Assembly: GCF_006345805.1 (NCBI RefSeq)
Contig: NC_043003.1
Location: 73,842,001-73,906,000, forward strand
Direction of reading: 5' to 3'
DNA from: Octopus sinensis
Taxonomy: Eukaryota
DNA: 64,000 bases
Part shown: piece by piece, positions 26,846 through 42,050 of the stretch
How positions within the stretch are numbered: position 1 is the stretch's first letter
Layout of the letters: the number at the start of each line of letters is the position of its first letter
The notes under the pieces: model-generated
Database searches by the model: none
What the model saw: only the letters and a program-made list of their open reading frames with translations
Told to the model about the DNA's origin: nothing
Made by a program: the position numbers and the translations under genes

Positions 26846-28516
26846 TTTTACGGAACTAAACTGGTGTAGGATGATATTGCGGAATAACCGATTATTGACG
26901 TTTTTGTATTTACATAATTCCTAAGGCTTTCTGATTTTAAAACATTCCGGCATCGATCTTTTTAAAAGTATCGTCACCCAATATCCTTTGTCTTATATAT
27001 CGCATGATTTAATTCAAAGTACGATACACTTTCTGAATATATTTATGACATCGAACCAATGAATTAGCTCTATTGATGCATTCTCAAATTAATAATATTA
27101 AGTCTTTAGAAATTCGCTATTCAAATTGTTACCTTATAATAAAATTGCGGAATATGTTACGGTGAAAATTTGATTTTGTAATTTGTAAAAGTAAAAGTTT
27201 GATTCTGCAAATCAGATCAAATTCATTCAAGATTTGTACCAAACAAAAGAATTTTAGAAGAATAATTACTTGTCAATGCAATGTGAACACTTTGCGATTC
27301 TATTAGACGGTAAAGGAAATGAAGACGTTTCATTTGAAGCAGAAGAACAATATTAATTTGATAAAATAATTCCATTTATTTGAAAGTAAATTACATTTAT
27401 GTAATAAAGTGGCTACGGTCTATTATTCGTGCTGTCGAAAATACTAATTGAAATGTAACTTTGAAACATTGGCATTTAATGATATAGATATTAAAACCTA
27501 ATTCATATTGAAAAGAATTTCTCATGTAAATATACCTCAACGAATCATCTATTTATGTTAACTTTGACAGTTATCAAATGTTACAGACATTATCATGATA
27601 TAAACAGATTCATGAATATACGTTGTTACAGTATATATAATTATGACAGTTCTCGTGTATCCGAAATAAACTGCAGGTACGGCAAGTATAGCGTTTGATT
27701 AGTTTTACTCTTCACAATACTGTGAAGACAAATTGAAAGATTTTATGTAATGTGCTTTTCAAAAATTATATCGGTTTTAATATCGCCGACTAAAGCACCA
27801 TGTTTATGCTCATAGTCTGTAATACTAAATAATTACCACTATACCTACCGAGTTCCATTGCAAAATTTAAATTCTCAGCTCTCTTTAGCTACAAAATAAT
27901 TTTCTATCAGCACAACATGATTGAAAAAACCATGCTCTAGGCATCCCATTTAAAATTATATCAAAAGTGCTGTTCATTTATGGTGGTGACTTAGAGATCT
28001 AGTGTCCATAATTATGTCATTCTTCTATATCGTTGAGTGAAAGCAAAAAGGTAACACACTCGACCTCTTACATAGTATAAGGGCTAGTAGGAGGACAGAG
28101 GATGTTTTTTGAGGTCAGAAACTTGAATTAAGTTAACATGTAAAAAGAAAAAGAAACTGTCGGTGAATTAAACTGCTGATGCACTGGATGTATAACAAAC
28201 AATAAAATAGTCCGTCAACTATTTCACTTTCAAGGCATACCTCGATCAAAGGAATTTTTGAATGTATTTGATTTCTTTTATGGCCTGCATTCATGCATTA
28301 GTATCATCGCATCAATTAGTATATTTCATCAATTATTTTCTGTTACTTGTATGATTCCAGTGCACTGTCTAGTTTCCTTTTACAAATATATAAGGAAACA
28401 TTACTCTCTTTTAGTGGTCTGTTTTCATCTGCTGGGATATATACAATAACTAAGAGATGCATGATTTGTAATCCATACCATCCAAAAAGTATCATTGTGC
28501 CTCTAGTAGAAAGGAT

Positions 28517-28519
<3 letters not shown>

Positions 28520-28548
<29 letters not shown>

Positions 28549-28697
28549 TTCTTCTTCTTCTTCTTCTTCTTCTTCTTCTTCTTCTTCTTCTTCTTCTTCT
28601 TCTTCTTCTTCTTCTTCTTCTTCTAATACTACTTCCTCCACTTCTCCTTCCTTCACTCCTTTTTATAAGTATCTATATATATATATACTTATATAAC

Positions 28698-28777
<80 letters not shown>
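28520..28777. repeat. (TTC)n and (TTA)n microsatellites
   Basis: Directly visible. Confidence 0.95.
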
Positions 28778-29164
28778 GAGTGAGAGAGGAGTGTATGCCA
28801 TCGAAATGACACTGGGGTAAAATATACGAAGCCCAGTATACCCATCATGACTACCCGTTTCATAAGGGAACACTAGGCACATGTATCACAACCACGTTTG
28901 CGCGACATGGTGAACTCACATCAAGATTTAACAGCGCATGACCTTGCAAGTGGGGCCCAGTTAGAATTTTCTTCTGGTCGAGTAACCCATCCCGCTCAAA
29001 AGGTCCCTGAATAAGGGTTGTTTACGGATGTGGAACGAACCACCCATGTTTCCAGAGATGCACATACCGTCAGCCACTATGGGACATGCTCAACTGGTTA
29101 AGGTCAAACAACTGACAAGCAGATCTGTGGTACTGAGCAGAATATTTGCTGTAGCCCATCTTTT
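28778..29164 (-). mobile_element. (TAA)n-embedded interspersed element A, copy A1 (internal deletion, truncated)
   Basis: Matches 61093-61645 in reverse; the internal deletion joins two CAGAG words. Confidence 0.85.
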
Positions 29165-29191
29165 ATTATTATTACTATTATTATAATTATA

Positions 29192-29226
<35 letters not shown>

Positions 29227-29495
29227 GAGTAAGAGAGTTGTGCATGCCAGAAAGTAACCCTGGGTAAATGTACCCGTCTGATAAAAATACACCAGGTACA
29301 TGCATTACAGCCATATGAGTGTGGCGTGGCGATGTCATTCAAGATAAACAGTATGAAAATTCTCCTGGCAGTTGAATAAGGGTGGTTAAAGGATGTTGAA
29401 CGAAATACCCATATTTTCTGATCGTGACCTGTAATGCACTATCGTCAGCTGCCAAAGAAAATCTCAATTGACAAGCAAATCAGTTAAGATCAGAA
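29227..29495 (-). mobile_element. Element A short derivative, copy B1
   Basis: Multiply deleted A-like sequence, nearly identical to 30033-30307. Confidence 0.8.
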
Positions 29496-29513
29496 TTATT
29501 ATATTATTATATT

Positions 29514-29969
29514 GAGTGAGAGAGCAGTTCATGCATCAAAGTGACACTGGGGTAAAATATACGAAGCCCAATATACCCATCTGACTACCCGTCTGATAAA
29601 GGTACACCAGGCACATGCATTCACAACCATATGTGCGCGACATGTGTCTCATATCAAGATAACAGCACATGACCTTGCAGGTGGGGCCCAGTAGAATTTT
29701 CTTCAGGTTGAGTAGCCCATCCCGTCAAACGGTCCCTGAATAAGGGTTGTTTAAGGATGTTGAAAGAACACCCCCATGTTTCCAGAGTGAACTATTCAAA
29801 CCCCAAAGAATCCCTCTCAACACATGGCTATGATGCTCCCCCACTACTTCTGCTCGTGATCAGAGATGCACATATCGTCAGCACTAAGGGACATGCTCAA
29901 TGGTTAGGTCAAACAACTGACAAGCAAATCTGTGGTATTGAGCAGAATATTTTCTGTAGCCCATCTTTT
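29514..29969 (-). mobile_element. Element A, copy A2 (A3/A1 hybrid)
   Basis: Body shares diagnostic bases with A3; truncation point and following microsatellite match A1. Confidence 0.85.
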
Positions 29970-29996
29970 ATTATTATTACTATTATTATAATTATA

Positions 29997-30032
<36 letters not shown>

Positions 30033-30307
30033 GAGTAAGAGAGTTGTGCATGCCATGAAAGTAACCCTGGGGTAAAATGTACCCGTCTGATAAAAATACA
30101 CCAGGTACATGCATTACAGCCATATGAGTGTGGCGTGGCGATGTCATTTCAAGATAAACAGTATGAAAATTCTCCTGGCAGTTGAATAAGGGTGGTTAAA
30201 GGATGTTGAACGAAATACCCATATTTTCTGATCGTGACCTGTAATGCACATATCGTCAGCTGCCAAAGAAAAATCTCAATTGACAAGCAAATCAGTTAAG
30301 ATCAGAA
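30033..30307 (-). mobile_element. Element A short derivative, copy B2
   Basis: Duplicate of B1, differing by single-base indels. Confidence 0.8.
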
Positions 30308-30327
30308 TTATTATTATTATTATTATT

Positions 30328-30863
30328 GAGTGAGAGAGCAGTTCATGCCATCAAAGTGACACTGGGGTAAAAATACGAAGCCCAATATACCCATCATGAC
30401 TACGTCTGATAAAGGTACACCAGGCACATGCATCACACCATATGTGCGCGACATGGTGATCTATATCAAGATAAACAGCACATGACCTTGCAGGTGGGGC
30501 CCAGTTGAATTTTCTTCAGGTTGTAGCCCATCCGCTCAAACGGTCCCTGAATAGGGTTGTTTAGGATGTTGAAAGAAACACCATGTTTCCAGAGGTGAAC
30601 TATTCAAACCCCAAAGAATCCCTCTCAACACATGGCTATGATGCTCCCCCACTACTTCTGCTCGTGATCAGAGATGCACATATCGTCAGCCACTAAGGGA
30701 CATGCTCAACTGGTTAAGGTCAAACAAATGACAAGCAAATCTGTGGTATTGAGCAGAATATTTCTAGCCCATCTTTTATACCAAGACAAAACAATGTACA
30801 TGATAACACTTCCAATCAGTTAAGATCAGAAGCCATGAGAGCCACTGCTGTACTTCATCAGGG

Positions 30864-30865
<2 letters not shown>
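30328..30865 (-). mobile_element. Element A, copy A3 (full length)
   Basis: Both termini present; (TTA)n on both sides. Confidence 0.88.
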
Positions 30866-31833
<968 letters not shown>

Positions 31834-32300
31834 TACCCATCATGACTACCCGTCTGATAAGGGCACACTAGGCATCACAATGTGCGTGACATGATTAACA
31901 GCACATGACCTTGCAGGTTGGGACAATATAGAATTTTCCTCCAGTCGAGTAACCCATCGCGCTCAAAAGGTCCCTGAATAAGGGTTATTTAAGGATGTTG
32001 AACAAAACACCCGTGGTTCCAGTGGTGAATTATTTAAATCCCAAACAATCTCTCTCAACACTTGGCTATGATGCTCCCCCACTATTTCTGCTCGTGATCA
32101 GATATGCACATATCGTCAGCTCCACATGGACATTCTCAACTGGTTAAGGTTAAAGAACTGACACGCAAATCTGTGGTATTGAGGAGAATATTTGCTGTAG
32201 CCCATCTTTTATACCAAAACAAATCAATGTACATGATAACACTTCCAATGAGTCGAGATCAGAAGCCATGAGAGTCAGTGCCTGGTACTGCATCAGGGCA
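31834..32300 (-). mobile_element. Element A, copy A4 (one end missing)
   Basis: From TACCCATCATGACTACCCG to GTACTGCATCAGGGCA, then (TTA)n. Confidence 0.85.
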
Positions 32301-32560
<260 letters not shown>

Positions 32561-32924
32561 GAGGAGAATGAAGGGGAGAATGTGGAGAGGGAGTAGGATG
32601 ATACGGTACTTTCTTTCGTTTTACATCTTGTCACATCACTACAAGATGTGATATCCTGTATCTACTATCGATGCATAGATGTGGAAATTTTGCGAGGATT
32701 TCAGTTATGAATATAACTGCAAGATTTTAATCATTCCCAAGTCGCTCATTATTAGACAAATCCTTTCATATTGAAGTCCCTACAATCTCGTTATCTCTCT
32801 TTTTAGATATTATTTTTTGATAATTTCTCCAGAGAGGCATTACCGTCAATTAAGACTGATATTTCGATTAGGAAGCTCATCCAGTTATGATGGTCTTTCA
32901 CAAAAATATTCGGCTGATTAGACA

Positions 32925-33089
32925 TGATTTGTGTTGTTGTTGTTGTAGTTGTTGTTATTATTATTATTACTACCATCATCATCACCATCATCATTAATAT
33001 TATTGTTGTTGTTGTTGTTGGTGGAGATGAATATTCTAAATGTGCTATTAATATTCCTTTGTGGAAAGAATATATGTACGTATATACCG

Positions 33090-33135
<46 letters not shown>

Positions 33136-33352
33136 TATGTGTGTGTATGTGTGCGTGCGTGTGTATGTGTGTTTATGTGTATATGAATATATATATATTT
33201 ATATATATGTATATATGCGTAAGTGTATATACAGATAGATAGATAGATACACGAATTGTGGATATGCGGGTATTGTATAAATATGCATGTGTATATACAC
33301 TTACACTTATATACATATATATAAATATATATACATATATACATACACACAT

Positions 33353-33426
<74 letters not shown>

Positions 33427-33450
33427 ATGACAAACAGAGAGAGATAGAGA
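32925..33450. repeat. Triplet and dinucleotide microsatellite region
   Basis: Directly visible. Confidence 0.9.
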
Positions 33451-34695
33451 GAACAAGGGAGAGAGATTGAGAGATAGTTGTGTATTAATGTTTTTGTGTG
33501 AGAGCGTAAAATAAAAAAAAAATCATAACAGCTACCCAAAAATTGAAACATATATAAATAAAAATGAACTCGCTAGCATCACAGAATTTACATATAGATA
33601 TACTAAACATAAATCTTTCCCTCTGAAATCAATCAACGCTTTGATGTGACACAGAGACGCTTAGTAAACAAAGTAAAGTAGAGAATATGAATATGGCAAA
33701 AATGAAAATGAACAATAGCAACATCATATAAATTTCACTCGCTATAAAATTGTTCGTCAGAAAAATGTTGTGATCTCTATATGAGTCAAAAACAGGCCTA
33801 AAAATTAGTTAGAAGAGAAAAAAAGAGAAAGAAGCCCAAAAACCTTCAAAGGAAACTTATATGCTTCATAATGGCATATTATAAATTGATATTTTTTCTG
33901 GCTTCTTATCTGTGTTCTTTTCAGCTTTGAACTTGTACACATACGTACATACATACATGCATATATACAAACACACATATCACTGTATTTGCGTACACAC
34001 TCAAAATTTACAAAGCACAGGGACGCACACACTAAACCACCCCACCGTACGCACACATACACATTGGTATATATATGTGTGTTTATATATTTATATACAT
34101 TCAAGTAGTCCCCACCACACGCATGCAAACACACACACACATATATATATGTATAAATATATATAAGCAACGGCCATCTATCCACGAACATTACACTTTA
34201 ATTTCTGGCTTGGATTCGCTACTTCGGCAGTCAGTCCGGTTTGCAAGATAAATTTCATTTCACCTTGCACCACTGAACGCATCCAAAATGAATTTGGAGT
34301 GCGGCTTCAGGAATCCCCATGATTCTAATGTCACGTTGTAAGTGTTACATTTGTTCAAGTTGGTGCGAGTGAAACTATATCTTCTTATGATATCTTGTGT
34401 GGTGTTGTATATATAAACCAAAAGCAATATAAGAGAACTTGGTATGTATTACCATGACATGCAAACGTACGATTGAGGGCTGCTTTATAGTTGAGTAAAA
34501 GTAAATACTTGACTATCTGTTAATTATGTAATTTTTTAAACATATTCCCCTCTCAAAAGTGCCACACTTATTGCAGCTGTCGTCCACTTTTTATAAATCC
34601 TGCAAAAGAACCCTGAAGTTGGGACCATCAACCAGGTCTTTTCTGATATTCTTAAAAAGCAATTTTAAATTTATATATATATGTATATATATATT

Positions 34696-34787
<92 letters not shown>

Positions 34788-36639
34788 CATCTATATTTCA
34801 TAATGCGGGCCGGTTTATATGATTACTCTGGGTTTCTCGATCATAAGGGGTTTAGACTTGTGGCGTATCTTCAGACGAAGGGTCTTTAGTTGACCACAAG
34901 GTGGCTCGAGATCGAAGCTTGAAGACCGTTGGCTAAGAGATATGATCACCTAGTGTTTACTTTTGTAGAGAGGCATTCCCCCCATCATATTTTGAAGGGA
35001 TCTTTGGTCAGCTGTCTTTGGGACTAAACTCTTTATCAGCGAGAAAACTATGGTAGCCCCATAAAACGCCCTCCATTATAATAGTAACTTCTCTACATCT
35101 TCGAGTGTGCTTCTCCTCCAAAATAGTAAGGTAGTGATATATAATCTTAGTGGGTACGTATTAGTTTTTCCCGGTAGTGAAATCTGACTGACCTCCGTGA
35201 GTTTAGAAAAATTCCATTCAGTTTATTTTACTATTCATATTAGTTCTTCACGTCGGTAAATCCATGTCTGTATAAAGACTGCACGTTGTCGGTAGAGAAG
35301 AAGTATGAAATTAACAATTAGGAGAATAGCGATTTAGATATCCAGTTTTATTTTGCTGTCAGTCAGCTCTTTCCATGTGTGCACCTACAAATTCTGCTGC
35401 AAACTGTTGCACACTACAAAATATTGCTTCTTGATGTGCAAGTTTGGTAATAATTGCCGCTTCTTTGGTGTGCTATTAACCGCGTTTCAGATCCTGTCTC
35501 AAATAAATATATGTCCTACCTAAAATTTCATATGCGTGGTGCTAGTAATCTAAAAAACAGTCTAAATTTTGACATTTAAAATTCTGCTGGTTAGAAAAAC
35601 AAGAATCGTTCACTAGTCAATAAGTTCATTTAGTCTTGGAGTGGTGAATTGTAGTATATTTAGTATCAGGTTATTTAATGTATGTTATTATTGTCGTTAC
35701 TGCTATTATCATCCCTATCGCTATTACTACCACTTGTACTATTTTTATTATTACTATTACTGTTGATTATAAGCTATTGCTCTATTATTAATTTATTAAA
35801 TTTTTATCAAATTAAATTTATGGATATCGTTAATTTTATTCCTATAGCGCTTGTTAATATTAAATTTATTTATAAAGGAGTTTATATTTAATCAGCTGCT
35901 CTACTTGCTATTTATTTGATTTCTACACTAATTTGGTGCTATTCCTCTTTTTAATGTCCTTAAATGAGTTTTCGCGATTGGCAATTTTTCTTTTTATATA
36001 TGTTTTACAAGCATCTATATAATAACATACCTGACCTTCTGAGATATACCTTATGCTTGCTTACTGCTTCCTTAAACTTGCTTACTGCTTCCTTAAACTT
36101 GCAGTTACATATATATGTGCATTAGCTTCTTATGCACTTCACACGAAATTAAAAATAATAGCAGGTAAATATTGGGAAGAGTACCTCTTGAGCCATATGT
36201 TTTAAAAAGAAAACATTGCAGATCCAATCAATCACTAGAACTGTAAAATTCTTTATAAATATCCAGGACTTTATCATTTAAGTATATATGATCATGTCTC
36301 GACACGCAACATCATGCATGAGTATACCTACGTATAAGAAAACATACAGATCTGCTCATATACGAACACACATACAAAAATGACTGTTGATGTTGAAATT
36401 CCAATGAAGAAGTCTTGGATTTAGGTTAGACAATAGGTTAGAACCAAAGAAGATCTAGGTTGGATCGTTCTCCATTGGCAAGAAATCTTGAAATAAAACT
36501 GAATAATGGCATGCATACATATACAATACATGTATTCTAGATCTTATTCGTTGGTGTAGGCCAAAAGTCACCCCCGCATTCCTCTACAGTTCAAGGGAAA
36601 CATTTTTAGGTTTGATTATTCTTTTATTCATTTACTTCT

Positions 36640-38640
36640 TACAGTTATTCGTCTGCAATCGGATTTTTGAACGACCCAGTATCAATCGAATATATATTTC
36701 TAGCCCACAAGCGTTATACAGCGAGAAGAGGAAGGAAAACATTACCATTAAGAAAGCACCCTCCCAAGAATTCCTACAGTCAGTCTGGTGAAAAAGTTGG
36801 AACGAAAAAGGGACTTCAACCTGAATGCATCGTGGTTAAATACAGTTGGGAGAGAATACTGTACCAACACTAACAGTAAAACATAAAATCGATGCAGAAA
36901 CCTTCGCTATAGCCGTAGGCAAGCTGCAGAATGAGAAGACTCCTGGAAGGGACCTAACAGTTGGATATTGGTAAAAGAAGCTGGCATTTTATAGAGACCA
37001 ATTGATATGTGTGTTTAAAAGGACTATGGAAGGACAGGCTGGTATTCCAAATTGGCGTGTTACAGCAAGGATCACTCTTGTTGCCAAAAATAAAATCAAT
37101 GAAATGGCAGGAAACCACAGGCCCATTGCTTGCCTAAATATTATTTACAAACTGTACACTAGTTGCCTCAACCAATTCCTACAGGACCATTGTGAGTCGA
37201 ACAGCAGTACGACTGATGAACAGCCTGGTGGAAATAAAGGAGTGTGGGGATGTGCCGAACAACTTTTATGATACACAGTCGTACTGTCTGAAGTAACAAA
37301 ACAAGGTAGAAGCCTTGTGGACAGTATGGCTTGACTATAAGAAGGCATTCGACTCTACACCACAGTCATGGGTTTTGAAGTGCCTACATCTGTCAAAAGT
37401 ACCTACTACCTTAATTGCTGCTATAGAGAGACTCACAATGACATGGTCAACAGTTCGTACCTTTACAACTGAGAACAGAATAATTGTTTCTAATAGTATA
37501 GGCATTTCAAAGGGAATATTCCAGGGAGAAAGTCTTTCTATACTTGTTATCATTTTGGCATTGAATCCTCTATCGTTCCTACTACAGAAAACAGCGTAAC
37601 TAATAATTTCCTTTTCGACGACCTCAAGATTTTTACTAAGATTATTACCAATGTCAAAAAGGCAACCTGGAATTAAATACAACATTTTCAGTTGATATAA
37701 GCATGGAATTTGGCTAAAAGAAATGCTCATATTTGGTTATAGAACGAGGAATGTCAGTCCTCCAAAGCCCAAACCTGTGCATGAACCGTCTTCTGTCTCC
37801 CCCATTGACAAAAAGAATGCTACAAGTAACTAGGCATAAATGAAAATGCATCAAAAGAAGGGACTGTGAATAAAGATAGCGACCCAAGAATATTACACAA
37901 AACTTAGGAAAATATGGCCCTCATAACTCACTTTTTTACAACAAAACAGCAATATTCCACAATGCATTTGCAGTTATAGTGCTGATCTCAACATTTGGGA
38001 TAATTCATTGGTGTGCAGTGTAAATTCATTCCATAGATATCAAAATCCGCAAAATCCTGACAACAACTGGGAACTTGCACAGAAACAGTAATGTTGACAG
38101 GTTCTACCTAAGATGAAATGAAAGTGGTAGACGTCTGAGATCAGTGCAGACGGCCTTCGAATGTCATATGGTATTAATCAGGCAGCACCTGCTAAACAAC
38201 AGCATGAAAAATAAATATATAAATGCAGTGCTAAAAAGTGAAGCGAGCAACATTATACGTGGTAGTAGTGAGCTCCTCAAGAAGCACTCTCTCCCTGATG
38301 ATCTCCTATACAGCTCCAAAACAGCATGGGTCTCTTACCTCAGAGAAGACCAAGATGGGAAGCACTCAGCATACAAACAAAAGATTGTGCATCGGTATGT
38401 TGTCCGGTAGCTTGAAGAAGACTGTAGAATTGACACAGAGCACAGCTTCTCATGGATACAACACCACTACATCACATCACACTGACGGCCATGCATTTGC
38501 AATCCAGGAACAGGAGGTTGCCAAAAAGTACCTGGTGAATAAGAGAGACAGTGATCCCAAGGTGCAACTGCATGTGTAGGCTATGTTATGTTTCTGTGGA
38601 AGACATCATTTGTTTTCTAGCATCATCTTTTGGAGGAAAA
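36640..38640 (+). mobile_element. R4/Dong-type (RLE-clade) non-LTR retrotransposon fragment: RT plus zinc knuckle, inactivated
   Basis: KTPGRD..GYW, NHRPIACLNIIYKLYTSCL, EQPGGNKGVWGCAEQLL, VWLDYKKAFDS.PQSW, GIFQGESLS....LALNPLS, LFDDLKIF, FAIQEQEV, CRLC...EDI..FLASS. Many stops; both ends truncated. Confidence 0.88.
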
Positions 38641-39759
38641 ATGGTAAGCATATTTGTTGTTGAAGCTGAGAGACTTTTGAAACAGTCGTGTGACAGTGCA
38701 TTTCTTTTAGGTATTATTTCAAATTCAACCTCATTGTAATTCAGGTTGCTAATAAAATATCAGTATAATTTTTTATGTTTAATAATTAATATTCTTTTCT
38801 CTGTTGGACTCCATATCAGTTATCCCCCACAGTAATGACTAATTCGATAATTTTCCGTTCTCAAAACGTGATCCAAATTGGGGGCAAAATGAGTAATGGC
38901 TAATTACAATAATATCAGGGTTTCGGATAAGAACTCCCACATGTTGGATTTTCCGAATTTTTACGCTGATTTTTCAAAATTTCTTCTTCACCACAGTCTA
39001 ATTTTGGCATTCTTTTCGGTATACTCCTCAGGGCTGTCAAAATTCGTTAATATGGGACGATATAATTGTTCGTTAACTTCCGTAAAAATTTATATTTATT
39101 TACTTTTGATTAAAAGTGAAAGAGAGGGGAAGTGAAAGATGTACCTGTATATGAAATGACAAGCGGATATCACTATGGTTTTGACACACGTGCCGTATCA
39201 TCAATTCCGGTGGTGTAAACATTGTTACAAAAACAAACGGTATCTAGGAATGCATCAACTTAATTACTACAAGTAAGAACAACAGAGTAGGCATATCTAG
39301 ATAACTTATCGCTACAAAGTAGTACTCATAACAAAGAACAGATGCCTAAAATTGCAGTCAGATAATACAATGAACATCGACTGCTTGGTACTTTATTTCT
39401 GAAACAATATCGCATCATGAATATGATATTACACGAAAAAGAAACCTGATAAAGACTAGTGGAATAGTACATCTTGCAAAGTTTTGCAACAATTTTCAGG
39501 GAAAAGGACGATCTTGGATGAATATCTATAAAACAATTTCAACGCTATAAAATATATTAACCAAACAAATTGCTTATTGAAGGTAATACAATAAAATATG
39601 GAAATATAATTAAACGTATATCAATTTATTTATAAATATATACATACATATACATTTTTAATGAAACCAAATATATATAATAACACGTCGTAAATAAAAA
39701 AAAAACTAAATGATTCATTATAATTCAACAGTCATGCACTCTGTTACTTGGAGACAACT

Positions 39760-40860
39760 CAACTTATCCTTAATTATAGAATTAATAAATGAATATACAC
39801 TTGAAATGAGGAAATATATAATAAAGTAATATACACTAACAAATTATAAACATACAATGCTATTAAAATAACAAATGCTATCGAAATAACACCATATATA
39901 ACGAAACACCCACGTTTTGCAGAGAAATTAACAGAAGCCATACTCACGTCATAACCGTGCATTGCCAACGAACCGAAAAATCGATATATGGCGGTGGAAG
40001 TCAATCCTAACCACCCAACTGAAACGACAGCATGCCCTATAAAAATGACACATACCAACTGGAAGTGACGTTGTACATAACAGTACATATAATAACAATA
40101 CCTCAATACTTCTAGACAGTAAATTAAGCCCACCTAATTAAAGAACTAACACTCCTTACAGTTCCAGTGTCAACTGCATAAGGGAGGTTATTGTATACGC
40201 TGTGGAAACCTCACCGTGTTTACTTATTCAGCAGTTAAACTATTTAACCAACATTTTACTACTGTAAACTTGTTCCTCCGGGTGTACCTTTAACAAATTA
40301 ACCCATCCCCAAACACCGAAACTTTATACTTCTACCACATCTAATGACTTGACGGGAAATACATTATAATCCATCCAAAAAGGAATTCTACTATCCATTC
40401 AAGGCAACGTTGCAATGCGGAAATTAAAGCTGTCACTGATACATGTGTAGCCTCTACAGCGTTGTTTAACCAGACCTATCTTTTCTCTACGGTATAGGGG
40501 CATTAAGAAAATTCAATTCACATGAAGAATAATAGAAATCTCTTGATGCAGGTCATCAATTAGCGCATATTCAAATTGCCATAATTTTCTAAAAAAAAAA
40601 TTCAAAGTAAATGTAATGTATGTGGCATAATAATAAATGTAATGTAAGTGGCATTAACGATAAAACTAACCATCTTCCTCAGTCGTCTATTACTAAAACA
40701 TGTGTAACCCTTATATCTACGCATAAACAAAAAGCCTTCATAATTTCCACTACTCCCGTACCACCGACCCACATGTCTCTCCACTCTACTCTATTCCTTT
40801 GCATCCTAACCTTGACACCAAACTCTTCCGTTGTTTAGCCACCAGTCCTTAGTGTTTCTG
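39760..40860 (+). mobile_element. Highly decayed Penelope-like RT/GIY-YIG remnant
   Basis: IYGGGSQS*PP (like YG.AMGS..SP) and a downstream KCNVCG (like the GIY-YIG I.C..C); no long ORF. Confidence 0.3.
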
Positions 40861-40984
40861 TATTCTTCAACTTGATCGAATCTTTCATGCAGGTACTAAT
40901 CATATTAAATAGCATCATATTCATCGTATTCCTGATTTATTCTGCAAAAGGTGTTCATAAAGTGCAGTATTTTTTTTACTATAC

Positions 40985-41725
40985 ATCTTCGTTATCTTAT
41001 TAAGAATTGTTCACTCGCGGTGTCACTGGTTTACCGGGGCTAAGGCATTCCTTACGGTACTTCATATTGATGTGCAGGTTCCCTCATTCGTTGCCAGTAA
41101 CGATTAAGTAAAGAAATTGTTGATTGTGTCCATGAGTTGAGCGGAGACGAGCAAGCAAACCAGCAGAGATTGTGGCTCGTTGATTCTTGTTGTTGTCACA
41201 TAAAGCATGCAGAAACCATGCTCCAAACTTCTGAACCTTACCCATCGAGTGAAGATGCTTCTCTATATTAGTGTGGGAGCATTCCATTTTCTCTGCCAGT
41301 TGTTTTGTCGTTTCACGAGAATTTATATGCAAAATTTGGTGTAATCGTTCTTCACCGACTTCAACAGGACGGCCAGAACGAGGTGCGTCTTTGAGGTTAA
41401 AATTTTTATGTTTGATCTTGGTATGAGCGGTTCTTTCAGTCAGGGCACTCTCTCCATACACAGCACAAATGTCGAGAGCAGCATTTGCGGCCTTAGAAAC
41501 TTAATTAAAAGCGAAAACAAGGAGGTCTTGAAAATGCTGGTTTTTCTTAACTTGGCATTCTATTTTAATGATTTGTAAATAAACAAAAATTAACTAAAAT
41601 TAACTAGAAAAAAAGTTACCAAAGTGATTCAAAAATAGAATTGTCGAAAACATAGATTCCAAAATTTAAAACGTAATAAATTCCAATTTTTTTTTAAAAC
41701 GGCCGGATCTTACTTGCCAACCCAG
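40985..41725 (-). mobile_element. Mariner, 5' half (HTH plus first Asp)
   Basis: LKDAPRSGRPVEV...GKVQKFGAWFLHAL...IVTGNE; TIR CTGGGTTGGCAAGTAAG with TA at 41726-27. Confidence 0.9.
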
Positions 41726-41851
41726 TACTATATAAAGAACGATCTACATAGATAGATAAATAATAATATAAAGGGTAATTAGAAATATTAGAAATGTCTA
41801 CTACCAGTGGCCTAGCGTATAAAAATTTAGTCAAAATACTATATATTATTC

Positions 41852-42050
41852 ATATAAATAAAGTGTACATTGAAACACATAAGAGGTATCCATCATAGGA
41901 CTCCTTGTACGCTAGATAAAACAGTTAAATTCCAAACCACTATTAGGGATAAAACCTCGAAGGGAATGAAAAAAGAACTGTTCTATCTAGCGTGCATGGA
42001 GTCCTATGATGGATACCTCTTGTGTGCTTAAATGTACACTGTATTTATAT
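41852..42050 (+). mobile_element. Second fold-back element, ~75-bp arms, with a decayed hammerhead-like loop
   Basis: Arms 41852-41926 and 41976-42050 with about 7 mismatches; loop ATTCC...CTATTAGGGATAAAACCTCGAAG-GGAAT. Confidence 0.85.

Noticed and set aside
35370-35485. Minus frame KEAAIITKLAHQ resembling kinase subdomains III-IV
   Set aside because: Flanked by stops, poor acceptor, no other kinase motifs nearby.
36056-36102. 21-bp tandem duplication (also a ~50-bp one at 49885-49980)
   Set aside because: Ordinary local slippage duplications with no further structure.
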